A DNA stretch of 64,000 nucleotides from an uncultured delta proteobacterium. GTDB lineage: Bacteria > Desulfobacterota > Desulfobacteria > Desulfobacterales > SG8-13. This document shows, piece by piece, positions 41,857-52,218 of the stretch. The stretch covers positions 758,938 to 822,937 of the forward strand of contig CAWKCK010000018.1 of assembly GCA_963848135.1 (NCBI GenBank), written 5' to 3'. The stretch's first letter is position 1; each line of letters opens with the position of its first letter. The position numbers and the translations under genes were made by a program. Below the pieces are notes generated by a model. That model was not told where the DNA came from, searched no databases, and saw nothing but the letters and a program-made list of their open reading frames with translations.

Positions 41857-42085
41857 ATTCATTATATTCACCATCGTGATCATCTTAGCCGTCGGTGCCA
41901 TATCTGTTAGAGACCTGCTGAGCGCAGCGATTCTGTTCGGGGCATACAGTTTCATGATGTGCCTGGTATGGGCTATCATGGGAGCCGTGGATGTCGCATT
42001 CACTGAAGCATCGGTGGGGGCTGGTATCAGCACGGTTTTGTTTGTTGCCGCCGTTTTTCGCACTTCGAGAAGGACCAAAGATTGA
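41840..42085 (+). CDS. Mnh subunit, DUF4040 (MrpA C-terminal/MnhB-associated) domain
   Basis: AVDVAFTEASVGAGIST motif; ATG 41840. Confidence 0.85.
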   Translation: MFWQIEFIIFTIVIILAVGAISVRDLLSAAILFGAYSFMMCLVWAIMGAVDVAFTEASVGAGISTVLFVAAVFRTSRRTKD

Positions 42086-42912
42086 AAGCGGGCGCGTTAA
42101 TAGTGGTCGTCATCCTTGGAGCCGTTCTGATTTTCTGTTCGCACGGGTTCCCTCCGTGGGGCGATCCCGAATCGCCGGCCAGTCGCCATGTGTCACCGTA
42201 TTACATAGAGAAAACGATGCGAGATACATCTGTGCCCAACATCGTTACCGCTGTTCTGGCCGATTACCGGGGGTACGATACCATGTTCGAAACGATCGTC
42301 ATCTTCACGGCCGGAATCGCCTGTATCTTTCTACTGCGAACACCTCAAAAGACCAAAACCGAAACGCGGTTGTATCGCCACGTTCCCACCGGTATTACCC
42401 TTCGTATCGAAAAGGGCGGCAAATTTCCCAAAGATTCAATTGATTTCGAACGAATCGATTCCGAGTGGGTTCCTTACGACCTGATCGTCAAAACCACGTG
42501 TCGACTGATCGTGCCGTTTATACAACTTTTCGCCTTGTACGTCATCGCCCACGGCCACTACAGCCCTGGAGGGGGATTCCAAGGCGGCGTGATCCTGGGT
42601 GCCGCAACCTTGCTTCTGGCCGTGGCTTTCGACTTACGTTCGGCCAAACGCAGATTGAGTGAAAAAATGACCGCCTTTTTAGGTATCCTGGGTGTGTTCA
42701 TCTATGCTGGAACTGGCATCGTCTGCATGCTTTTAGACGCTAATTATTTAGATTACAGTGCCCTGGCGCCCCTTTTAGGGGTCGATTCGATCAGCGCCAG
42801 ATCTTATGGTATTCTAATCGTAGAGGTTGGCGTCGGCATGGCGGTGATGGCCGTAATGGTAATGCTCTACTACAATATCTCCTCAGCGGGCAAACAGGAC
42901 GAGGGATTGTAG
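42082..42912 (+). CDS. mnhB: Na+/H+ antiporter subunit B
   Basis: NIVTAVLADYRGYDTMFE and GHYSPGGGFQGG. Confidence 0.9.
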   Translation: MKAGALIVVVILGAVLIFCSHGFPPWGDPESPASRHVSPYYIEKTMRDTSVPNIVTAVLADYRGYDTMFETIVIFTAGIACIFLLRTPQKTKTETRLYRHVPTGITLRIEKGGKFPKDSIDFERIDSEWVPYDLIVKTTCRLIVPFIQLFALYVIAHGHYSPGGGFQGGVILGAATLLLAVAFDLRSAKRRLSEKMTAFLGILGVFIYAGTGIVCMLLDANYLDYSALAPLLGVDSISARSYGILIVEVGVGMAVMAVMVMLYYNISSAGKQDEGL

Positions 42913-42914
42913 TT

Positions 42915-43316
42915 ATGGATGCTTCCAGCAGTATGCCGATCGCCTATGCCAACTACTGGGTGTTTGTTATTTTGATGATGATTGGTCTGTACGCCATCAT
43001 CGTCAAAAAAAACCTGGCCAAGAGGGTCATCGGTCTGAACATCCTCCAGACGGCTGTTATCCTGTTTTTTATCTCCATCGGTGCCAAGCAGAAGGCTACC
43101 ATCCCCATCATCGAACATGTTCACGACATCTCTCGAGTGGCGATCGAGGCCAGAAACTACATCAATCCTCTACCCCATGTGTTGATGCTCACCGCCATCG
43201 TGGTCGCCGTCGCCACGTTCGGGGTGTCCATGGCACTGATCATCAAAATCTATGCGCGGTACGGCACGTTGGAAGAGGATGAAATTATCGAATTAAGCCG
43301 TGATATCGAGACATAG
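42915..43316 (+). CDS. mnhC: Na+/H+ antiporter subunit C
   Basis: NPLPHVLMLTAIVV. Confidence 0.9.
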   Translation: MDASSSMPIAYANYWVFVILMMIGLYAIIVKKNLAKRVIGLNILQTAVILFFISIGAKQKATIPIIEHVHDISRVAIEARNYINPLPHVLMLTAIVVAVATFGVSMALIIKIYARYGTLEEDEIIELSRDIET

Positions 43317-43398
43317 AATCAGAGGTTCGAATGGTATCGTGATCACCCTTTAAGAAAATGAAGGCCGTTCGTTGCTCCAAATAACGCTGAGGTCGCAG

Positions 43399-43876
43399 AT
43401 GATAACCAGGGCAACTTTGAAAGAAATGGTGATGCTGGGGTATCTAACCGATGAAATGCTCGATCAGCTGATTCCCATCACCGAAATGCTCCAGTTTGAC
43501 GAGCAAGAATTCGTCTTTCACCAGGGTGAAGACGCCAGTCGATTTTATTTCGTTCATCAGGGCAAGGTCCTTTTAGAACAGCGTATTTCACCTACCATCT
43601 CCATAACCCTCAGTGCCATCAATCCACGTTACTCTTTTGGCTGGACGGCGCTTCTGGACAGCGGAAAGTATACCACCTATGCCCTTTGCGCGGAGCCCTG
43701 TCAGCTGCTCTCGTTTCCGAGAGGATAAATTAAAGGCACTTTTCGACAAAAACCATTCTCTTGGCTACATCATGAGTCAGCGGCTATTGCGCGTCATTCA
43801 GAAACGATATGAAATCCGTACCGAGCAGTTCATCAAGGCCATCCGACACCATCCGGATCTCGGCAACCTGATATAG
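43399..43876 (+). pseudogene. Stand-alone cyclic-nucleotide-binding (Crp-type) domain protein, one +1 frameshift near 43715 as assembled
   Basis: VFHQGEDASRFYFVHQGKV...SFGWTALL; continues +1 as FREDKLKALFDKNHSLGYIMSQRLL. Confidence 0.75.
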
Positions 43877-43980
43877 ACAGTACCCGACTATCAATCTGGC
43901 AATTGAAATTAAGATTCATTGTGAATTGAAACAGAAGACCACCCCCCTACTCGGCACACTCACTCGCGGAAGGATGGATA

Positions 43981-45487
43981 ATGGATCAATTCCCGGCCAT
44001 TATCGTGATCGCACCACTGATCGCCACCTTTTTTATTTTCTTTTTGGGCTGGCAGAATCAAAGGTTGGCCTTCCCCCTGGCCCTGAGCGGCCTCTCGGTG
44101 TGTGTTCTTGCAGCAGTGGTTGCCGCGAACACCGTAGTGCAGCAAGGACCGGTCCAGTACCGATTTGGTGGGTGGCCCCCTCCCTGGGGAATCGAATACC
44201 GCGTCGATCATTTGACCGTTTTCATGCTGATCCTGATCTCACTGATCGGTTGGCTGTCCGCCATCTATGCCCAAAAGAGCGTTGAGCAAGAACTGCCGGA
44301 TAAGGTCTCCTTGTTCTGGAGTCTTTATATGCTGCTGATCACGGGTCTGCTCGGAATCGTTATCACCGGCGATATGTTCAACCTCTTCGTTCTCCTCGAG
44401 GTTGCCTCCATAAGTGGTTACGCATTAGTGGCCATCGGGCGCGGCAGAGCGCCCTTCGCCAGCTTTCGATACCTCATCATCGGAACCATCGGCACCTCCT
44501 TCTATCTTTTGGGTATCGGTTTTCTATATATTGTCACTGGTTCTTTAAACATGGAAGATCTACGCCTGCTTTTGCCTCCGATTTACGGATCTCGGGTTGT
44601 CCAAGCCGCCTTCGTCTTCATATTCATCGGTTTTGCCGTCAAAATCGCCCTGTTTCCGCTGCACGGCTGGCAACCGGATGTCTATACTTACGCACCGTCT
44701 GCCGTCAGCGTCATCATCTCCACCGCTGCGGCCAAAACCTTTGTTTATGCTCTGATCCGCATCGTTTTCTCGGTGTTCACGCTTGACTTTATTACTGGAA
44801 TCCTCTCGGTATTCAGCATCATTTGTTGGGTGGCGGCAGTCGCCATGATCGTCGGTTCCATCTTTGCCATCGCGCAGTATAACCTCAAGCGTATGCTGGC
44901 CTATTCAAGCATAGCCAATATCGGATATATCATTCTGGCCCTTGGACTTGCCCCTTCGACGTCCCTTGGATTGTCACCGGCCGTGATGCACATTGCCAAC
45001 CATGCGGTGATCAAAGGATGCATGTTCATGACCGCCTGCGGGTTCATCTACAAATACGATTTGAAGGACATTCGGTATTTTACCGGACTTGGAAGGCGGA
45101 TGCCCTATACCTCTCTGGGCCTGATCTTAGCCTCCCTGGCGATGATCGGAATGCCGCCGGGGTCTGGGTTCGTCACCAAATGGTATCTCATCAGGGCAGC
45201 GTTGGAGGCCCGCAGCTACTGGTTTGTGGCCGTCATCTTCGTCAGTACCCTATTGATGATCGTCTACTTCTGGCGGGTTATCGAGATTATGTACATTCGC
45301 CACGAAACCGAATCCGCCGTCGAATCAGCCGGCAATAAGAATCGAAGAATTGCCGGCGAGCATGCTCGTTCCCGGTTTGATTTTGGGAGTTATGTCATTC
45401 CTTCTGGGTATCCTTTGGATATCTGGTATTCTCGATCCGGTACTTGCGGCCATCAACACCGGTTTCGGACTGGGGGGCGGGCCATGA
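43981..45487 (+). pseudogene. mnhD: MnhD/MrpD antiporter subunit 1, +1 frameshift near 45325 as assembled
   Basis: GDMFNLFVLLE, KIALFPLHGWQPD, KRMLAYSS; C-terminus resumes +1 as IEELPASMLVPGLILG...GGGP*, ATGA-coupled to the next gene. Confidence 0.8.
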
Positions 45488-47001
45488 GCAACGTCCTTTA
45501 CCCTTCCGGCCGACCGCTAATGGCACTCGCATTTCCCACTGACGTGCGCCTTCTTGATTTATATCTTCCGCCATCGGCCCAATTTAAGAGAAGGCGTTAC
45601 CCTGACCGCCGCCCTCGGGCAGTTTGCCGTGGTTATCTCCATGGCCCCCCTCATATTGGATGGTCGCATCATCGTCTGCCACATCATCACCATCGCCGCC
45701 GGCTTGGATATCGTATACCGGGTGGATGCCTTTGGTTTGATTTTCGCCATCACCTCTTCCTTTCTCTGGATTTTGGTATCACTCTACTCCATTGGCTATA
45801 TGCGGGCACTGAAAGAGCATGCCCAGACACGCTATTATTTTATGTTCGCCCTGGCGATTTTTTCAGCCGTCAGTATTGCGTTTTCCGCCAATCTGGTGAC
45901 ATTCTACATTTTTTACGAAGCCCTGACTCTGTCCACATATTGGTTGGTGGCACACCACGAAGATGAGGAAGCGTTTGCCGCCACCCGAAAATATCTCGCC
46001 TATCTGCTGACTTCGGGATGGTTTTTATTTGCTGCGGTGGCGCTGACTTATGCGCTCACCGGGACGACCGACTTCAGTTCGGGAGGGATTCTCACCACCG
46101 ATTCGGGCACCAAAGGGACTTTGATCTTTTTGTTTATCCTTTTTGCCCTGGGTCTGCTGAAGGCCGCCTGGATACCCTTTCACTCTTGGCTGCCGGCAGC
46201 CATGGTGGCCCCGACGCCGGTCAGTTCGTTACTGCATGCTGTGGCAGTGGTCAAGGCCGGCGTGTTCGGATTCGTGCGCATCGTGTGCTACGTTTTCGGG
46301 GTCGATCTCATGGCAACCCTGGGCCTGGGCTTGATGCTCGGCATCGTGGCCTCCTTCACCATGATCGTGGGATCTTTTTTCGCCATCGGCGAAGATAATC
46401 TCAAACGGCGCCTCGCTTTCTCCACCATCAGTCAGCTCTCTTATATACTGTTTGGCGCCGCCCTGCTGAGTCCTTATGGAATCAAGGGTGCCATGGTGCA
46501 TATTCCCTTTCACGGATTCATGAAGATCACGCTTTTTTTATGTGCCGGCGCTGTCATGGTCATCAGCGGAAAAAAACAAATCAGCCAGTTGGCCGGCATC
46601 GGGCGCCAGATGCCCATTACTATGGCCGCATTTGGCATCGGTGCTCTGGGTATGTGTGGAATGCCGCCAGTAGCGGGATTCATCAGCAAATGGTTCTTGT
46701 GCCTGGGTAGCGTGCAGTCAGGTCATCTTGTTTATCCTAGGAGTTATCCTTCTCAGTTCGCTGCTAGATGTGATCTATTTTTTTCCGATCGTAAAAACAG
46801 CCTTTTTCGATCGGCCGGATGCCGTGGAAGGGGGTAGTATAACTCCGGTAACCTGGAGTGAAACCTCACAGCCCCAGTATTTGTTCATGGTGGTTCCGCT
46901 GACGATCACGGCTGTGTTTTCGATCGTTTTCTGTCTTTTTCCCGGAACCTTATACATATCTGGACTTGGCTGAACTAGCCATTAGCAATTTGTACCATTA
47001 A
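45484..47001 (+). pseudogene. mnhD: MnhD/MrpD antiporter subunit 2, three +1 frameshifts (~45535, ~46730, ~46960) as assembled
   Basis: Fragments join as MSNVLY..LAF/PLTCAFLIYIFR..; LKAAWIPFHSWLP, KRRLAFSTISQ; /FILGVILLSSLLD..; /LDLAELAISNLYH*. Confidence 0.75.
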
Positions 47002-47017
47002 CAGGGGAAATCAGATC

Positions 47018-47209
47018 ATGGGAGAACTTGTTCGACAGGGAGAGGAAATTGTATACCGCCAGATGGACGGTGAAATTACAGCCCGGTTAACCGATTTTGA
47101 GGAAAAAATGGAACTGGTTCACCAGGGATCACCCCAATACAAACATATTTTGCGTCTGCTGGTCGTGGCCAGTGTTGTCTATCTGATAGCCATTTTCATT
47201 TTTTACTAG
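47018..47209 (+). CDS. Small membrane protein in mnh cluster
   Basis: 63 aa, one C-terminal TM, RBS-like ggggaa, tightly packed in the operon. Confidence 0.5.
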   Translation: MGELVRQGEEIVYRQMDGEITARLTDFEEKMELVHQGSPQYKHILRLLVVASVVYLIAIFIFY

Positions 47210-47221
47210 AAGGTGATCGCC

Positions 47222-47470
47222 ATGTTGCCCAAAAAGGAATTGACCTTTCTTGATTCCGCAAAAAACCGCTTGCGGGTGCGAAGATATTTTTACATCTCAT
47301 TGTTTATCTTACTGGTCTTGGACCTATTTATCCCCAAGCATGGGCACTTTGCTTGGGAAAATGCACCGAGCTTTTACGCTGTTTACGGTTTTATCGCCTG
47401 CGTCAGCCTGATTTTCGTGGCTAAGATTTTACGCCTGCTGGTCAAGCGGAAGGAAGATTATTATGATTAA
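47222..47470 (+). CDS. Small two-TM protein associated with mnhD
   Basis: HGHFAWE..FYAVYGFIAC..KRKEDYYD; stop overlaps the next ATG. Confidence 0.7.
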   Translation: MLPKKELTFLDSAKNRLRVRRYFYISLFILLVLDLFIPKHGHFAWENAPSFYAVYGFIACVSLIFVAKILRLLVKRKEDYYD

Positions 47471-49233
47471 TGCGACTTCCGCCAGCCTTTATTTTTCTTG
47501 CCGGAACCGTGCTTGTACCGCTTCTCAAAGGTCGGCTTAAGTCTTTTTATTTGCTGATTTTACCAGTGGTAGCTGGACTCGACGTACTGCTTTTGCCCGA
47601 AGGGTCGAGTTGGAATACTACGTTTTTAGACTATACGCTTATATTCTGCCGGGTTGATCGACTCAGCCTGGCCTTCGGTTACGTCTTCGTTCTCATAACC
47701 TTTATCGGCATCGTATACGCGCTGCACCTCAAGGACAACCTTCAGCACATGGCGGCCTTAAGCTACGCCGGTGGCGCTCTTGGCGTGACCTTTGCCGGCG
47801 ATCTTTTCACGCTGTATTTTTTTTGGGAAGTCATGGCACTGGCCTCGACGGTACTGATTTTAGCGCGCCGAACCCGCGACGCCCGCCTGGCTGCATATCG
47901 CTATTTCATGTGGCATTTTTTTGGCGGCATTTGCCTGCTGGCGGGTATTATTATGTATACGATAACCCGGGGTACCACCGCCTTCGACGTCATTGGCCTC
48001 AGCGATCCGGCCTCCGCACTGATATTCATAGGATTCTGTCTGAACGCTGCCGTTTTCCCCCTTCATGCCTGGCTTCCGGATGCCTACCCGCGCGCGACCG
48101 TAACCGGGGCGGTTTTCATGAGCGCTCTGACGACCAAGAGCGCCGTGTATATCCTGGCCCGTACCTTTCCAGGGAATGACATCCTCCTCTGGGCAGGGGC
48201 GTTTATGACATGTTTTCCGATTTTTTATGCTGTCATTGCCAATGACATGCGCCGCGTGTTGGCCTACAGTCTGATCAACCAGGTTGGATTCATGCTCTGT
48301 GGAATCGGTATTGGAAGCCCGTTGGCGATAAACGGTGTGGTCGCCCATGCCTTTTGCCATATCATTTACAAGGCGTTGCTGTTTATGTCGACCGGTGCAG
48401 TTCTGCATATGACCGGTAAAATCAGGGCCACCGATCTTGGTGGGCTTTACAAAACAATGCCGTATACGGCATTGTGCTGCATCGTCGGGGCCGCCTCCAT
48501 TTCTGCTTTTCCACTGTTCAGCGGATTCGTCAGCAAATCGTTGACCGTGGCAGCCGTTGCAGAGGCCCAACAGGTGCTCGTATGGTTGATGCTGCTTTTC
48601 GCCTCAGCCGGTGTTTTTCATCATGCCGGCATCAAGGTACCTTTTTTCGTATTTTTCGGCCATGACTCGGGCATCCGCAGCAAGGAACCCCCGCTGAACA
48701 TGCGCATCGCCATGGGCATGGCTGGCTTCATCTGTATTTTCCTGGGGATTTACCCGGCTCCGCTCTATGCAATTTTACCGTTTCCAGTTCAATTTACGCC
48801 CTACACAGCATTTCACGTCGTAAGTATGCTGCAGTTACTCATGTTTGGGGCTCTGGCTTTCACGATGCTGGTCCTGTCCGGCTACTACCCGCCGGAACTC
48901 CGGGCCGTGAACCTGGACACCGATTGGTTTTTACGGCTTCCCGGGCGAGCGTTCATCAGCTTCTGTCACCGGCCTCTTCAAGCCGTAAGAAGTAGCATAG
49001 AAGCATGGGTCCGGGTCATAATCACCGGGTTCAAAAAGTTGCCGGCACTCTCTGTTACTGTCGAAAAGAGATTGGACTGGTTTTTTCACACCCTGTTGGT
49101 GGCATTGCCGGATGGAATCCTGCGAGTCATTCGCCCCCTGAAAACGGAACGCGATGAACTGGCATGGAGCGTAATGTACATCCTGTTACCCTTTATCGCA
49201 TTGATTTTCGCCATTCTATTCATATTTCCGTGA
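47470..49233 (+). CDS. mnhD: MnhD/MrpD antiporter subunit 3
   Basis: GDLFTLYFFWE, PLHAWLPDAYP, RRVLAYSLINQVG, LDTDWF. Confidence 0.88.
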   Translation: MRLPPAFIFLAGTVLVPLLKGRLKSFYLLILPVVAGLDVLLLPEGSSWNTTFLDYTLIFCRVDRLSLAFGYVFVLITFIGIVYALHLKDNLQHMAALSYAGGALGVTFAGDLFTLYFFWEVMALASTVLILARRTRDARLAAYRYFMWHFFGGICLLAGIIMYTITRGTTAFDVIGLSDPASALIFIGFCLNAAVFPLHAWLPDAYPRATVTGAVFMSALTTKSAVYILARTFPGNDILLWAGAFMTCFPIFYAVIANDMRRVLAYSLINQVGFMLCGIGIGSPLAINGVVAHAFCHIIYKALLFMSTGAVLHMTGKIRATDLGGLYKTMPYTALCCIVGAASISAFPLFSGFVSKSLTVAAVAEAQQVLVWLMLLFASAGVFHHAGIKVPFFVFFGHDSGIRSKEPPLNMRIAMGMAGFICIFLGIYPAPLYAILPFPVQFTPYTAFHVVSMLQLLMFGALAFTMLVLSGYYPPELRAVNLDTDWFLRLPGRAFISFCHRPLQAVRSSIEAWVRVIITGFKKLPALSVTVEKRLDWFFHTLLVALPDGILRVIRPLKTERDELAWSVMYILLPFIALIFAILFIFP

Positions 49234-49250
49234 GATTGCCGGAGACATCA

Positions 49251-50747
49251 ATGTCTTCAATACTCTTTCAGATCGTAATCGTACCGATGGCGGCGGCCGT
49301 CCTGGTATTGATTAGTCGTTCGCGCCGCGAGTCCGCCTCCGGCTTGATCACTATCGCCGCATTGGTCTACACTACGGTGCTGCTCGTCTATGCCGGAGTG
49401 CGTGTTGCCAACCATGGCGAGATCCTCGAACACTATTCCATTGGCCCGGAGGTTAGTCTGAATCTACTGGCAGACGGGTTGAGTCTACCTGTAGCCCTGG
49501 TGATTAATCTGATCTGCCTGGCTCTAGCGTCATATTCGCTCCATTACGTCAGTCACCGCATCGATATACTTTACCCCGGAGCTAGTGAGCAAACCCGACT
49601 CATGTATTTCCGGCGATTTTTCTTCCTTTATCTTTTCTTTCCCACCGGTTTCATGGGCGTGGCGTTCAGCACCAACCTGATCAGCATCTATCTGTTCCTG
49701 GAACTGCTGACCATCGTTCCCCTATACTTCATTATGGCCCAATTCGGGTATTCGGATTATATCACACGCTATAAGGTCGCCCAGATGTGCCTGTATTGGG
49801 GGGTGGCCGGTGCGATGCTCTTCTTGATAGGGATTATCCTCGGCTATACCCAAAGCGGTAGTTTCGAAATTGACGCTTTACCGAAGTTGGCCGGACATCC
49901 TCAAACGTTTTGGGTCATTCTGCTGATAATGGCAGGCCTGGGGACTAAACTGGCCATCATACCCCTGCACGCATGGATGCCGTGGGTTCATGCCGAACAT
50001 CCCACCTGTATTGCCGGTCTGCTGGCCGTCTATGCCAACATCGCTGCTTACGTCGCTGTCCGGGTACTGATCTTGCCCTTGCCCGAGGACATGCAAGTCT
50101 TTTCGCTTCCGTTGATGATTCTTTCCATGCTGACTATGGCCTACGGCGCATTTCTCACTCTGGCCCAAACCGACGCCAAGCGGTTTTGTGCATGCTCGAC
50201 CATCAGTCAAATTTCATACTCGGTATTTGGTATTGCCGCGATGAATGTCTTGGGAGTGATGGGAGGCGTATTTTATTTTCTGAGCCATATTTTGGGTAAA
50301 GCGATTTTGTTTTCTTCGGCGGGTATCCTCGTCTACACCGTTGGAACCCGCGATTTGCAACGCATGAGAGGCCTGTGGCATCGGATGCCGGTAACGGCTG
50401 TCCTCTGGTTTTCCGCCGCTCTGATTCTTTCGGCACTACCGCCGACCAGCGGGTTCGTTGGCAAATGGCTTTTTTTTACCGGCGCCTTTCAGAAGGTGCA
50501 ATCTCAACCTTTCGGCTTGGTGATTGTTGTCATGGCAATCATGGCTTCCTTGATGACGCTTATCTACACCTTTTGGGTAGGCATCCGCATCTTTTTTGGC
50601 CAACCGAATCCCGATCTCGACACCGCCGCAGACCCTCCCCTTACCATGAGTATTCCTCTGATTTGCCTCGCGCTTCTTGCGTTGTTTTTAGGACTTTTCC
50701 CTCAACCGTTGCTAACCCTGATCCACTCTGTCGTGGGGGCCCTCTGA
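49251..50747 (+). CDS. Proton-conducting antiporter-like subunit 4 (MrpD/NuoM family)
   Basis: NLISIYLFLE, KLAIIPLHAWMP, KRFCACSTISQ, PPTSGFVGK; RBS ggag before ATG 49251. Confidence 0.85.
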   Translation: MSSILFQIVIVPMAAAVLVLISRSRRESASGLITIAALVYTTVLLVYAGVRVANHGEILEHYSIGPEVSLNLLADGLSLPVALVINLICLALASYSLHYVSHRIDILYPGASEQTRLMYFRRFFFLYLFFPTGFMGVAFSTNLISIYLFLELLTIVPLYFIMAQFGYSDYITRYKVAQMCLYWGVAGAMLFLIGIILGYTQSGSFEIDALPKLAGHPQTFWVILLIMAGLGTKLAIIPLHAWMPWVHAEHPTCIAGLLAVYANIAAYVAVRVLILPLPEDMQVFSLPLMILSMLTMAYGAFLTLAQTDAKRFCACSTISQISYSVFGIAAMNVLGVMGGVFYFLSHILGKAILFSSAGILVYTVGTRDLQRMRGLWHRMPVTAVLWFSAALILSALPPTSGFVGKWLFFTGAFQKVQSQPFGLVIVVMAIMASLMTLIYTFWVGIRIFFGQPNPDLDTAADPPLTMSIPLICLALLALFLGLFPQPLLTLIHSVVGAL

Positions 50748-50813
50748 GAAGCACCGGCGGCACAACAAGCGCTTCTTAGCATGACGGCCGCCGCTTACCC
50801 TTTTCTCAAAGTT

Positions 50814-50942
50814 TGTAGTAAATTCCATCACCGTCGTCTATCTTTTCAACACTTCTGATATATTACAGTTATTATTAGATAAAATTACAATTCTATACCT
50901 CCAATGACCCCAGGCTTGCTTTGCATGTAGGATTTCTCGACA
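50814..50942. promoter_or_regulatory. Candidate enhancer sites of TGT-N11-ACA type
   Basis: tgtaggatttctcgaca 50926-42; degenerate tgtagtaaattccatca 50814-30 and cgtctatcttttcaaca 50835-51. Confidence 0.45.
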
Positions 50943-51042
50943 CTTGCAAGTGCTCAACCCAAAAAAGCACAGAATGTTTCAGATAATTAATATTATATTA
51001 ATCCAGTTGGTTATGTTTGTTTTTAGACTCACCACACCACAG

Positions 51043-51058
51043 TGGCATACCCCTTGCT
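51043..51058 (+). promoter_or_regulatory. Sigma54 (-24/-12) promoter
   Basis: TGGCATACCCCTTGCT, near-consensus, ~50 bp before ATG 51106. Confidence 0.8.
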
Positions 51059-51105
51059 CAAACCCATGGTAAAATGGCAACCCAACACAAGAAAGGGTGA
51101 GACAA

Positions 51106-52104
51106 ATGAAACCAGAAAATCAAAAAGGTCAAAGGGGTCGTGTGGGATACGGATCATCCTACCGCAAGGGCAGCCGCAGAGATATGGCCGGCGGAAAGGC
51201 AATCAACAGCGTCCTGGGGGGTCAAGTATGGCTGGTGAAACCGGACCGTCAGGCCAAAGCCGATTTTCCTTGTTTGTGGATGACGGCCGGGGTGGTCAAG
51301 TATAAAAATTGCACCAACTTCTTCGACTGTACCAACTGCACCTTCGACCGGGGGATGCACACTCGGGTCAAAGAAGGCAAGCAGATCAGCTGGCAACAGG
51401 CGATGCGTCGCAAGCCCGATCTGGAAAGAAACTGCCGTCACAGCCTCACCGGTAGAATCGCCGGGCGAGCGTGCGCCTACGATTATCGCTGTGACAAATG
51501 CGATTTCGACCAGTATTTTGAAGACGTCTGGACACCCCGTAGATCTGACCTGCCCGCTGAGGTTCAGTATATAAAAGGCTTCGGGGTCGCAGTGGACCAC
51601 TACTTCCATGACGGGCATACCTGGGCCCGAATCGAGAGTGGTGGCACCATCCGCGTCGGTATGGACGACTTCGCCCTTAAATTGCTCGGTAAAGCGGACG
51701 GCTTCGATCTGCCGTTGACCGGGAAGGAATTGGATGCCGGTCAGCCGGGATGGGGCCTGAAGCGTCGCAACCATGCTGCCGATGTGCGTTCACCGGTGGA
51801 CGGAGTCATTGTGGAAGTTAATTCCAGCGTCAGAGATAATCCGAACCGGGCCAACCGCTCTCCGTATGGGGAGGGCTGGCTGTTTACGGTCCACACCCCC
51901 AACATCAAGGGAACGGTGAAAAACCTGATGGCCAACACCGAGACCCTGTCCTGGTTGGACGCCGAAGTGCTCAAGTTGGAAGAAATGATAGAAGAGACTG
52001 CCGGCCCGCTGACTGCCGACGGCGGATATCTTCAGGAGGACATCTACGGCAATCTGCCGGATCTCGGGTGGGAGAATCTGACGAAAACTTTTCTGAAAAC
52101 TTAA
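51106..52104 (+). CDS. Cys-rich GcvH-like protein 1 (no lipoyl-Lys)
   Basis: YFHDGHTWARIE..RVGMDDFA..SPVDGVIVEVN..N.SPYGEGWL H-protein fold; two N-terminal C-x12-C-x5-C-x2-C motifs. Confidence 0.85.
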   Translation: MKPENQKGQRGRVGYGSSYRKGSRRDMAGGKAINSVLGGQVWLVKPDRQAKADFPCLWMTAGVVKYKNCTNFFDCTNCTFDRGMHTRVKEGKQISWQQAMRRKPDLERNCRHSLTGRIAGRACAYDYRCDKCDFDQYFEDVWTPRRSDLPAEVQYIKGFGVAVDHYFHDGHTWARIESGGTIRVGMDDFALKLLGKADGFDLPLTGKELDAGQPGWGLKRRNHAADVRSPVDGVIVEVNSSVRDNPNRANRSPYGEGWLFTVHTPNIKGTVKNLMANTETLSWLDAEVLKLEEMIEETAGPLTADGGYLQEDIYGNLPDLGWENLTKTFLKT

Positions 52105-52218
52105 AGGACAGAGTCAACCGGGTGAAGCGCTATAAATCAAATATAACGACCTAAGAAAGAATCCGACCGTTCACCCAACGGATTGTGCGTCACCCTTGAA
52201 TATGAGGAGAGTCGAACC

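Noticed and set aside
43981..45966. 661-aa MnhD with a long hydrophilic tail
   Set aside because: The tail is out-of-frame sequence created by frameshifts; the proper C-terminus is in the +1 frame
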